Assembly (NCBI RefSeq): GCF_040938485.1
Contig: NW_027271204.1
Location: forward strand, 2,170,001-2,234,000
DNA length: 64,000 nucleotides
DNA from: Diadema antillarum
Taxonomy: Eukaryota
Direction: 5' to 3'
Shown here: in pieces, positions 1 to 11,700 of the stretch
How the letters are laid out: each line of letters starts with the position of its first letter
How positions within the stretch are numbered: position 1 is the first letter of the stretch
Notes under the pieces: generated by a model
The model's input: the letters and a program-made list of their open reading frames with translations, nothing else
What the model was told of the DNA's origin: nothing
Databases searched by the model: none
Position numbers and translations under genes: made by a program

Positions 1-3000
1 ATGAATACTAGGCTACTACTTGAGAATGCACAAAGTGATGTGTGATTACTAGTAACCTCTCTCATTTTAAATGCCATTTTGCTTCTGTTTGCAGCATGCA
101 TTTGTATTTTGTAGGTAGCCCAAAGACGTGGAACCGTTATGAACATTTGACAGGATTAGACCATGAATTCATGGGCCTAATGAACTATAAAATGTAGCAA
201 CAAATAGACAAACAGACAAACATGGAATACCTCAAAAGTCTAGTCAATGTCTTACATTTCCCTCGCCCTATAACTCTTTAGCTCATAAAGTACAATTATT
301 CTATGATCGGTTCCCAAGAGAGATTTCCACATTGATATTTTTATTTGTTTTTAAACACATCCTGTATATGATTCATGACTGTAAAGTGTTTATTGGACAT
401 CAGCCAATGCCTTGGTCCTGCAAATGGGTTGTCCTAATCATCATTCATCTGGAATTCACCTCGTAATGTAGCCTGTGGCACTTGGCTACAGACATGACAC
501 TGTTAGGTTGTGAGTCTGCGGAAGTCAGAATGATAGAAACTCTGCATTACTGTACAATTGATATGAATGAGATGAGTCTATCATAATGTGGTGAGATGTA
601 CAGTCTGTGTATCAGGAAATTACTCAAGTACAGTCATTTCTTTGAGAAATCCAACCTTACATTGGCAAAGTGTGGTGGTGACAGGAGCATGTACACAAAA
701 GTGCAATTTCTTTTTATGCATTGCAGCTACAGATGTATTTCAATGAAAATTAGTGATTTTGTGAGGCTGTAATCACATTCTGTTTGATGGCGATGATGAT
801 ATGGACAATAAGACATACCCTAAAATTGATCACAACACATGCTTTTACCGTGTTACCATCTACGGCAAATAGATTAAGGAATCATATAATGGCGTCACAG
901 AGAATAGTACTTGGAGTCTGTGCCCCAATTCATAATTGCCACTTTAGAAGGACCCATGTGCACACTGATTTGGATAGAGTATGCTACTGCAGGGCTTCCA
1001 TTGATTGGACTTTCATTAGTAAAAACACAAAGACTGGCTTCTTGAACTGTGATTTTTGCTTTGCCCATGACATCTGCCAAATCAATCCAGAAATTTTTAT
1101 TTGCATTTTTTATAATCCTTTTTTTTAAAGTACTTGTGAGTAACATCTTCAAAACATACACTGTAGTCAGTTTCATCCTGTCAACATAGCAAAGTGGGTG
1201 TAGAAATAAGTCAATAAATCTGTAAGAAATATCTTTTTCTTTTATTTGGAGAGAATTATGCTTGGGGCTATTAAACCTAAGAGATATTTAAATTACAAAT
1301 CTGATTTTTTATACTTTTGTATCAAACACAATTTTGTAATGACTGAGTGGAAGTTTTGATTTCATGATTCAGCTCATTTCTTTGACATTGTTTTATCTTG
1401 TCAAAAAGTGTAGAATGTCTGGTATTAGGGAATGCTTCTCAGGAAATGATCAACGCAGATGTGCCATATCTTTGTACTTTTATAATCTTCAAATCAACTT
1501 TTTTTTTAAAATAATTGTAATTTATGATTTTTAAAAATATATCCAGAGGTACATTGTACTTGAGGTATGAGCATATTCATTCTGTTGCAATGTATGCTAA
1601 CCTGCGGGATGAACGTGTAAACTTCTGAGTCATTGAGGCCAGTCTTTATGAAATTAGATGGTTAACTCGACGTAACTTACAGTGTATGGCAGTTAGGTTG
1701 CATGCAGTGCCATTGACAATCAAGATTGTGAGTTCTCAGAGGGTTAGATTAGGTGGGATTACACATCCTTTGCTAGAAATCAATATCAGACTTACTGTAC
1801 TCAAGAATTGAGACCCAGGGAATAATTTTCAAGCTCGAATTTGATTACCAATTTCAGCTGATGAGTGATATTTCAAATGGTGTCGTGTACAATGTACACA
1901 TCTATGGAAAAAAAAAAACTGCTACACACACGTGTACACACACAAAAAAATAATAATAATAAAAAGATAATAATTTGTTTAGCAGTGATATGAAAATTCA
2001 TAGCAAATTGTGATGTGATACCAGGAGAATTATTCACTAGAAACCTCTTTTTAGTCCCTGTATATCTCACACTCCACATAGATGGCAGATGGTGTATAGA
2101 ACTTGAATGAATGAAGATTGTCTCCCAGCTGAGTGTTGAGTCATGCTCGGAGATCGGAGGTAGAGATAATTTTGACTGAAATCAAAGATGAACAACTACA
2201 ACTGTACTTTGTGAGATCATAACCAGAGCTCACTGAATAGAAAGTGAAACAGCATTTTAAAGGTATTTGTTGCAGATTAGCATAATGACCATAATTTCTC
2301 AAACATGCTGCATTAAAAACAAAATGTTGGTTTATGTAATGATTTAATCTTTTACCTTATTACATTGATTTGAAGCATGTACGACATATATAATGTGGAT
2401 GTATTGAAATGACAAGTTAAAAGTGAGTTACAATTATGATTATTACTCTCCATAGAGGCAATATTGTTGTATACTGTAGCATAAAGTAGTGATTTTGAGT
2501 AACTACATGTATGTTGAAATGTACTTTGCTCTTACTGTTAGTATGGAAGGGTTTGGGGCCATGATTCACCTTGTATTTGTTCTCACCTTGGACATAGTAT
2601 TGTATGCAAAAGGATTATAACGGTAATCAAAATGATTTTGAACAACAAAAAAAAAGGAAAAGAAAAAGGAAAATAGACCTCACTACTGCACTGGCTGTAA
2701 GGAAATGTGAGCGTTTTACTGTTGCAATGGTCACTTTACTGAATGATAACTACGCCCACCCGAATCAACTCATTTTTGTTCTTCTTGTTGTTTTTAATAA
2801 TAATGATAATACTAGTAATACTAAGCATTTATATGGGGCTTGGTACGGGGTGACTCTAAGCACGCTGAAATGTCATTAATATTGAAGGTGACAAATATGA
2901 TAGGATTGCATATTCTGTGTGTGAAGTGCCTTTAGATTACATGATATACAATTTAATACGATGCACTCTCAATGTTCTTTACTGGAGAGTATCAAGTACT

Positions 3001-3442
3001 ACTACAAGAGTTGGTCTACAAAATTTCTTTCTATTATTGTCTTGTTTGCTTTTTTATTCTCTCAAACCTTTGGATTTGACTCCATGACAGAGAAGATGGA
3101 TTTGTGGCTTTGTGTTAAATCACATAATGACTCTGATGGCTTCAAATGCCTCCTTTTCGATTATTAATAATATTATGATATTTCTTTTCAAACAAAAGAA
3201 AAAGAAAAAGGTAATCCAGGTTTAGTCATGTGACATTATCTTTGCTTCTCACCGATATCATCACTCATCAACATGAATATTCCAAATGATGAATTTTTTT
3301 CAGTGTTACTGTTGTATGACTTTCTCAGGGGTCATGATTCATAAATGTAATGGCGCTAGTTGAAAAATTACTGGCTTTGGCATCCGCAATATCAATGCCT
3401 GATAACTGCTGGAGCAATATTCAAAATGTTGCCCGTGCAATA

Positions 3443-4867
3443 TATCTCCCTTTGTTTTGACTTGATAGATTCACAATTTGGTGTACACACAAGTACTCCA
3501 CTCACTGCCATTTGTACTGTAAATCGAGGAACATTAGCGGCATGAAACTTTGTAAATTGGAGACTGGAACCTTTTGGGATTCATGGTCGCGAAATTCAGG
3601 AAAATTTCATGTACACAAAAATTTGTGGTTGTACAGTATTTTGATTCAAGTATTGTTGATCATCTAGTTAAGACCTCATTAGCCTCTTTAATTTGATTTA
3701 ATTTAAACCAAGCGACCTCTGTCAGACATGATTGTGTGATACAGAGTTTTTGAAAGGAACTGGAGCTATCGATCAAAAAGGGATGTGGATATGTTCAGAT
3801 GCATAGAATAGTTATTCTGTATCTGTTCGATCCTTTCAGTGCATATATACTGGAAACCCCTGTCATATAATCATGCTTACTTGCAACGAGGTGAACTTTG
3901 TGGCCCCAATTATACATTATAACTGTATTTAGCTGGTCTCTCAATACAGTTAGAGTGAGGTGCCGGTTATAATGAGATACAATTTGGAGGTCCTTGTGAC
4001 CTTGTTACAAGGGGGTTTCCCTGTATGTCTGCACATTATTTTTGTTATGAGCTCATAGATATTATGTGTAATATAGGTGGCTGTCGTGGATGCTGATCCT
4101 TCATGCAGTTGTCGATAACTGAGGGGCCAATACATACAATGGGATACTCTCTTTTTACTAGGTGAACTTTATATGCTCCCCAATCCTATTAGCTCTGTAT
4201 GTCCGGTTCCTCGTTATAAACGTATGCACGTTTCTACTGTTTTAATATGTGTACATGAAAATGGGACCAGTAGAATCTTCTCGTTATAAGGGGTATCTCG
4301 CTATATCCGAGCTCATTATAACGGGGTTTCCCTGTATCTCCCTTTGTTTTGACTTGATAGATTCACAATTAGGTGTACACGCAAGTACTCCACTCACTGC
4401 CATCTGTCTGTACTGTAAATTGAGAAACATGCAGCTATCGGTCAAAAAGGATGTAGAAATATTCAGATGCATAGAACAGTCATTCTGTATCTGTTCGATT
4501 CTTCCAGTGCATACTGGAAACCCCTGTCTTATAATCATGCTTACTTGCAACGAGGTGAACTTTATGGTCCTTATTTTACATTATAACTGTATTTAGCTGG
4601 TCTCTCAATACAGTTACAGCGAGGTGCCGGTTATAATGAGATACAATTTAGAGGTCCTTGTGACCTTGTTACAAGGGGGTTTCCCTGTATGTCTGCACAT
4701 TATTTTTGTTATGAGCTCATAGATATTATGTGTAATATAGGTGGCTGTCGTGGATGCTGATCCTTCATGCAGTTGGCGATAACTGAGGGGCCAATACATT
4801 AAATGGGATACTCTCTTTTCACTAGATGGACTTTATATGCTCCCCAATCCTATTAGCTCTGTATGTC
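3443..4867. repeat. Local tandem duplication (copy 1 about 3443-4203, copy 2 about 4335-4867)
   Basis: Long near-identical blocks. The ORF track gives identical 61-aa translations at 3950-4135 and 4614-4799 (offset 664). Confidence 0.92.
3515..3639. mobile_element. Short TACTGTA...TACAGTA MITE copy
   Basis: TACTGTAAATCGAGGAACATTAGCG ... GCGAAATT...GTTGTACAGTA. Confidence 0.6.
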
Positions 4868-6348
4868 TCATGCACACAATACATGCAGCAGACATTGAAA
4901 AAAAAAAAACCCACAAGGATTAATTATAATGTTGAACTATCTGGGAAAAAAAAAATATGTAAAGAGGGGCAAACCAAGCAGATGAATGGTGGCAGGTGCT
5001 ACGATGATTTTATACCAGTATTAATTGATGAATTAATGAACAATGAAAGGCTAGTCATAGACTTTATCAAAGAGCTCTGTACACGTATGTGTTCGTTCAT
5101 ATACTCACTGTGACCCCAAACTATTTGAAACATGTGCCCGCCATCAAAGTGGGCCTGTGCATATGGCTGTGTGCCATGATTGAGTGTGTGGTAGTGCCTA
5201 TTGCACCTTATATCATATCACATAAAGCTGTGAATCCATCAAATTGCTACCTAGAGTACTATTCATTCTTATTAACTTAATATACTTGGCAGTGGACATT
5301 TTAAGAGAGTAACAATTGTATGCACAGTATGTCACACGCATATATTTCTTGGGAATTAATTTGCTCTCCAGAGAAAAAGAATGTGTGATAGTTAATTTAT
5401 GACATATAACTGTTCATGAGAAATGTTTGCAATACTGCAAATATGATTTAGAATTCTAGTTTAATAGAGCAATGCCAGCTTGTAGATCAGTAGCCAGTGA
5501 TATTTGCTGTGAAGCCTCGATCTATAGATATTTAGAGAGCAGTATTATCGTGTACATTGATAGCATGATTTCAGTCATCTCAGCTGATGTGTATTTACTT
5601 AGATTTAATTCTTTCCCACTATTATAATGCCTGTAATTCTCTCTGGCATTCGGGGATGATTAATTTTAATGGTTTCATTGTCTTTAAGGGAAAATTGTGT
5701 ATATCACCAAAAGTAATGATATGAAAATGGCAGATAGACTGACTGGAGACAGTGAGAATGAGGTAGAAAGAACGAAAGACCAAGAAAAATTGAGAGACTG
5801 AGAGTGAGAGATAAAGAACAAAAAGTGCAGTATATATGTACATGTAAATATATCTACAACTGGAGAAGAGGACTTTTCACAAGTGTCAGACCTCATTCAA
5901 ATGTTGATTGATGGAAAGTATGGTGTATGTGTACATGTATATCACTTTGAATGATGGTCATTTTTTTTTTCTCTTGGCCTTTCGACAACATTCCATCCTT
6001 TTCTCTTTTTTTTTTCTCCAGGAGTACTCCAATACATTACTTTTCCCTTTTCTAAATGTGTGTATATTACTCAAGTAAATTATTTGAATATATTTCACAG
6101 ATAGCTGGCATGTCTGGTATTTGATATTTCTGTGTCATGGTGCTCTGTGTGGTCGTGGTGTGTGGTACTGTATATACAAATGTACAGTTCATAGAAATGT
6201 CATGTTAGCATGCATAGCAAGGTGAAAAAGAACAGTGGAAAGTCGTACAGTATGATACATGCATGCCACTGGAAAAAACTGTTTAGTTTGTGGGGCGAAT
6301 TTTTACTTCAGTAGCCAAAACAATCAAGAGAAAGAAATTTGTTCCAAT

Positions 6349-6381
<33 letters not shown>

Positions 6382-6872
6382 TGTTTATATCAGGTACATG
6401 TATAAAACTTTAAAAATATATCGGTATAAATATACTAATTTCATATTGCCCATCTACAGGTGAAACAGCATTTTCCTTCCTACAACTGGGAGAAAACAAA
6501 TTAGGGGTTTTTATCAAGATGGGCAAATTATATAGAGTAGTTCATATATTTCTAACCCCATTTTTTTTTTTAACCTTAAAAGACTTGGTCAAGTATTCGT
6601 ATGATGATTGATGCAGAGAATGGCATGATAGACATTGTGAATCTGAATCCATTTTCACAAATGTATCAGGCAATATGACCTTGCCAAAAAACACATTTCA
6701 GAAATGGAAATGTGCACCTAAATGAGTGTTATGTCTGTGAGTTTTCTTGCTCTTTTAAAAGAACATTGTTGCGGGTTGATGTACCCTTTAAAAGGCCATA
6801 TTACATGAGTGAGAGAATATGTAAGGTGTATTTCAGTAGTATGATGACAAATGGACCTGGACCTAAAGTTTG

Positions 6873-7068
6873 NNNNNNNNNNNNNNNNNNNNNNNNNNNN
6901 NNNNNNNNNNNNNNNNNNNNNNNNNNNNNNNNNNNNNNNNNNNNNNNNNNNNNNNNNNNNNNNNNNNNNNNNNNNNNNNNNNNNNNNNNNNNNNNNNNNN
7001 NNNNNNNNNNNNNNNNNNNNNNNNNNNNNNNNNNNNNNNNNNNNNNNNNNNNNNNNNNNNNNNNNNNN
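6873..7068. other. Assembly gap (196 N)
   Basis: Run of N; followed by an (AT)n tract at 7077-7103. Confidence 0.99.
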
Positions 7069-7076
7069 CCAGGTCC

Positions 7077-7107
<31 letters not shown>

Positions 7108-8559
7108 GAATTTGATTGCAAAACAGGTAAAGTTCTTTTCTTTTAACATTTTATAGTATGCCCATCATCAGATAGGACAACAACAACAACAACAAAAAAA
7201 CCTTTTCAGTGATACCTCGCTTGTTATATAACAAGGAATATTCTTGAAGTTATGGTTGAAAATATCCAATATTTTCTTATTTTCTTTTTGCAGCTTTAAT
7301 TACAAATATCTCAAAGCAACAGGAATGAAGTTGACTTGTTTTGTGATCAAACTCATCATTATATAATTATACTATATATCTACATTCATACATATGTGTA
7401 CATACAGTATAATATACATAATATGTGCACTGAATTCACAGTATAATTTCGGCTTGATACATACCAGTGATGATAATCATCTTGCAACACTTGAGACAAT
7501 AATTATTATCTGCTGCAGCAACTGCAGGCAGTGCCCCCAGTCAGGTATATGGCAGACTTGATCATTCCTGAGATACTATGATCAAGGTGACTCCCTTTAT
7601 CACTATAGTGGTCCTCGGGACCAGCAGTTTTCTTTCATCATACTCTAAAGCAAGAATGCTAGGAGTATATGGACAATCTCTAACTTAAACCTCCATAAAG
7701 CACCTCTTAAATTGTATTCCGGTTTATGAAAGGATATATTGTAACATATTTGATAAGTTAAACGCCCAATTCCTACAAGATACTGACAGATAAAGCTTCT
7801 GTATAATTAATAATTTACTTACATGTAATATGTTGGCCTTGTCGTATTGACATTATGTGTACCTATTGTAAATACTGTAAATATGTTTGTTTACCTGTTG
7901 GTTTTCATCCACTAAAACTTAATTTTTTTTTTTTTTTTTGATAAAAGGATATTTTCGCAGCATGAAATTTTGGCATATTACCATGCACTCAGTGCATAGA
8001 GTATATAGGCAAGAACTTTTGCATGCATTTTAATTTCACGAATCTTGGCATTTAGATTACATTTTGAAATATACAAGTATTCATGACTTAATTCATTGCT
8101 CACTATAATTGTTTCTCAATCCTAATTCCTATTCATTACACACCTGTGTACCTCTTCGAATGTGACACCAACTGTCATGAAATTAAAAATGTATCATAAT
8201 GTTTGCATATTATGGATTTTGCATGGTACAGATCTGGTACATGTTCCATTATTTCTGTCGGAAACTATTGATATACATGTAAGAACACTAATCAGCTACA
8301 TTTTTTTTCTAAGCCTTCGTCTTATAAGATCATTTCACAGCAGGGGGGGGGGGGGAGAGAAAATCATGCAGTCTTCAAATTTGTATATCAAAATGGTAGA
8401 ACAATAAGGAATTCTAAAGTGGTGGGGTATATTCAAAAAACGTTTGATAGTGTCTCTGTTTTGAATTACTATACTCTGTTATGAAAATGAAATTTAACAA
8501 GGACTGACATACAATTTGTACTTTCGTGTTCTTGTATTTCTTACATGCGCTATGCCCCT

Positions 8560-8667
8560 TTCACCCATAATCCCCCTTTTCATCTTCTTTGTATTACGCG
8601 ATAAAACGCCTTACGCGAACGAAAGGAAAGGTTTGAAACCAAGACTAACCACATTCACATTTTCAAG
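8560..8667 (+). promoter_or_regulatory. Probable TATA-less, CpG-containing NDUFB5 promoter/5' UTR
   Basis: Local CpG enrichment (TTACGCGATAAAACGCCTTACGCGAACG) immediately upstream of the ATG. The transcription start cannot be mapped from sequence. Confidence 0.5.
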
Positions 8668-8779
8668 ATGGCGCTCGTTGGTGGACGAATGTTGTGTCGA
8701 AACCTGCTGATTGCACGCACAAATTCACCTGTTATACGAAGTGCAATCCATCCAAAATGCAAAGCATCAAATACTCAAG
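8668..8779 (+). CDS. NDUFB5: NDUFB5 exon 1 ([37 protein letters not shown]), transit-peptide-like
   Basis: ATG in AAGATGG context. Donor AAG|GTAATT is phase 1 and compatible with exon 2. No sequence conservation is expected here, so the assignment rests on phase and composition. Confidence 0.8.
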
Positions 8780-11700
8780 GTAATTCTTCGAATTATTCTC
8801 TTTCTGTAGTGTCGGTTAGATGGGTAGTAATAATTCTAGCGGTAACAAATCGGTGAACTTCTTCTCTCTCCCTGCATATACATCGGTCCCACATACTGGG
8901 GATTCATGTTTTCTTTTAATAATGTTTGTGCTTGCCAAGCCAAAGCCAAGCAAGGATGAAGGCCAAGGGCTAAGGCCAAGGGCAAGGATATCCGCCGTGA
9001 TTTTTTTTTTTAAATTATTTTTATTTTTTTATGTCGATGAATGTGACATCATTATTATGATCGATAATCTTTACGACAATTTACGTCAATACAACATGAG
9101 GCATGTGATGGCACTTGCCGAAAGTACTTTTGAATCCAGTTTTCAGACACTTAAAATCATAAATTTTTAAGGCTTAACGATTAAATTTATTTTAGCTTTT
9201 TTAGCGTTTATCATGAGAAAATCAGATGTGCACCAAGCCATGAAATGAGATCAATTATCCGTAGATTGATATGCAAGATAGACACGAACAGTGTTCAAAT
9301 CAACTTAAAATAACTTTTCGCGTTCACGATTTTCCCATTGTAATGGCGGCTTCGATTCGCCCATCGTCGTAAGTAGAGAGCTTGCTAGCGCTGAGCCAGG
9401 GCGCGGCGTCTGCATATGCGAAATGGCAGTCGTAAATCACACAACACCCATAGCGACTCCCGCAGCAGCAACCGCGAAGCTCTTCGCGGGCTGCGTCGGG
9501 CAGCCAATTTCACTGAAACCAGGCGTTGCAAGGTCCATTTCGTGTACCGTCCTTACCACATCATGCGCTTACGTGTGGTCGATAAATCTTCCTTTCAAAA
9601 AAATCAGAAAACATTTCAATTTTGAAAAAAGTGAAATTTAGATACTGCCATATTTTGCGCAATGTGGATTAAGTACAAAATACACCAAAGGTCATGACAA
9701 TTAAGTGTGAAATTTCGACTTAGCGTGCTGAACAGATCATCCTCCTCGGGCTACTAGCGATAGGTAGCAGACGCAAACCCATGTACAGGAAGGCAAAAGT
9801 GTGTTTCTAGTTCAGGTTTATGATTCGAACATGTTGTTTGCCATATGTCCGTATTACTTTTGAAAAGAATGATCAATATCAATGCACCTCTGTCATAACT
9901 GATACAGCTAGCGATCGTCGCGAATGTCCTCAGAAGTTGAGCACTGCGTGCGTAGAAAACGGTGTACATGCGCGAGAGTGCCATCTAGTGCTGAATGACG
10001 AACGCTAGCTTTTTTGCAATATTTGTTCAACTCAAATAATACATACAAAATTACATTGTTGATTTTGTTCAATACATCATGAAATTTCACAAAATCCCCA
10101 AATATTATCACCTTGATCATCCCCCCAGAATCTGTCCGGACTGTCCAGAATTCGGATGCGCGCTGATGTGCGTTCAATGTCAATGCGTGTACAAGGCTGC
10201 TGAAAAATGCGCCGCGTCATACTAGTACCATGTTGGCGCAAGGTTGCATTGGGGAGGTTGCGGTGCCCATTGTCAGTAATTGAATGTTCCTTCAATATTA
10301 ATCATTGTATTTCCATTATGTGTCTTTTCCAGTGTACGACATTGTCGTTCGAGGGATGGCAGGTGGCGGAACCCCAAAAATGTACATCAAATCTTCCAGA
10401 TACACAGACACTAGGTTTCTCAGAGCCGCGGTAAGAAGTATAGACCAGCTGTACTCTTTGTGTATGATGTTTTACATACATGTACTCAAGTGTCTGTATA
10501 CTCCCCATCACAACTGTCAGTCCGTGGAAATATCCCTGACCATATTTTTTCTGCATGCTGTCATTAGTCAAAGGAGTGCAATTAGCTTCATACCTATCTC
10601 GGAAGGGGTGGGGGTGTATTTTTGGAGTTAGTGCTTTATTTGAGTTATTGTGACAATGTCTTATTTTTTTTTTTTTCATTCTTGTGTATGCAAACTATAG
10701 AGGCTTGTGAAATGTCATAGTAAAGGTCAGTGACAGTGACAGAAATAATGACAGATGAAATTTAATTACAAGCAAGTCTATTCAGTGGCAGCAAATTATG
10801 ATGTCAATTGAAATTCCTTCGCTGTTTCAGCGTGGTCAGTGTAGGCAGTAATGCTGGTGTTTCGGAAGTGGAAGTGGATGCTATGACATGATAGACCCTC
10901 TTGCTGATTATGGGATTTCCCAGATGTACAACAGAAGGTCATTGCAAAATCTGTAAAAATTTTGTAAATATTGATGAGAACAGTATGTAATCTGCAATAC
11001 AATCTAACGAACAAGAATTACTTTGTAGAATTAGTGATAGGTCTTCATACAATATGTGTTGCTATGCTTCTTTTCTTCTTGTCTGTCTTCACACACCATT
11101 TGTATTGCTTGTGTGGCTCCTACCTGGATACTTTTGAATTTTCAGGCCTATGTGAAAAACAGACTGTCATTGTAAATGCTCAATTAACCCTTCCCAAACC
11201 CCTAGCCGTAACCATGCCTGATATTTCTCATAATTTCTGTTTTGTCTCTACAGAGATTCTATTTTCTGCTGACTGGTGTACCAGTCCTCACATTTGCAAC
11301 GTTGGTCAATGTCTTCATTGGTAAGATCATACCAGCAAACACAGTACAGGGCACTCCCGTTATAGCGAACATGGTTATAACAAAATTCCAGTTACAAAGA
11401 AGTGAAATTTCAGGCCGCAACATCATCCACTCAATGTATTTTTATTGTTATACCCCCGCCAAACGAAGTTTGAAGGGGGTATATAGGAATCAGCGGACGG
11501 TCGGGCGGTCGGGCGGTCGGTCGGGCGGTCGGTCCGTTGCAAATCTTGCGTCGCGAACTACTTCCTCAGTTTTCAACCGATTCCCATAAAACTTGGCACA
11601 GATGTGTGCCTTGGGTTGTAGATGTGCAAGACATATTTTTTGACAGTACCCAAAAGTACGTTGCCATGGTAACGGCATATTATGGGCAAAAATGGGTACA

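Noticed and set aside
3950-4799. Two identical 61-aa minus-strand ORFs suggesting a duplicated small gene
   Set aside because: They lie in duplicated MITE-mosaic DNA; identity reflects recent duplication, not coding constraint.
6712-7156. ORFs of 70-144 aa across the gap
   Set aside because: Artefacts of translating N.
1-8600. MRPL47 expected head-to-head with NDUFB5
   Set aside because: No MRPL47-like peptide was seen on the minus strand in this interval.
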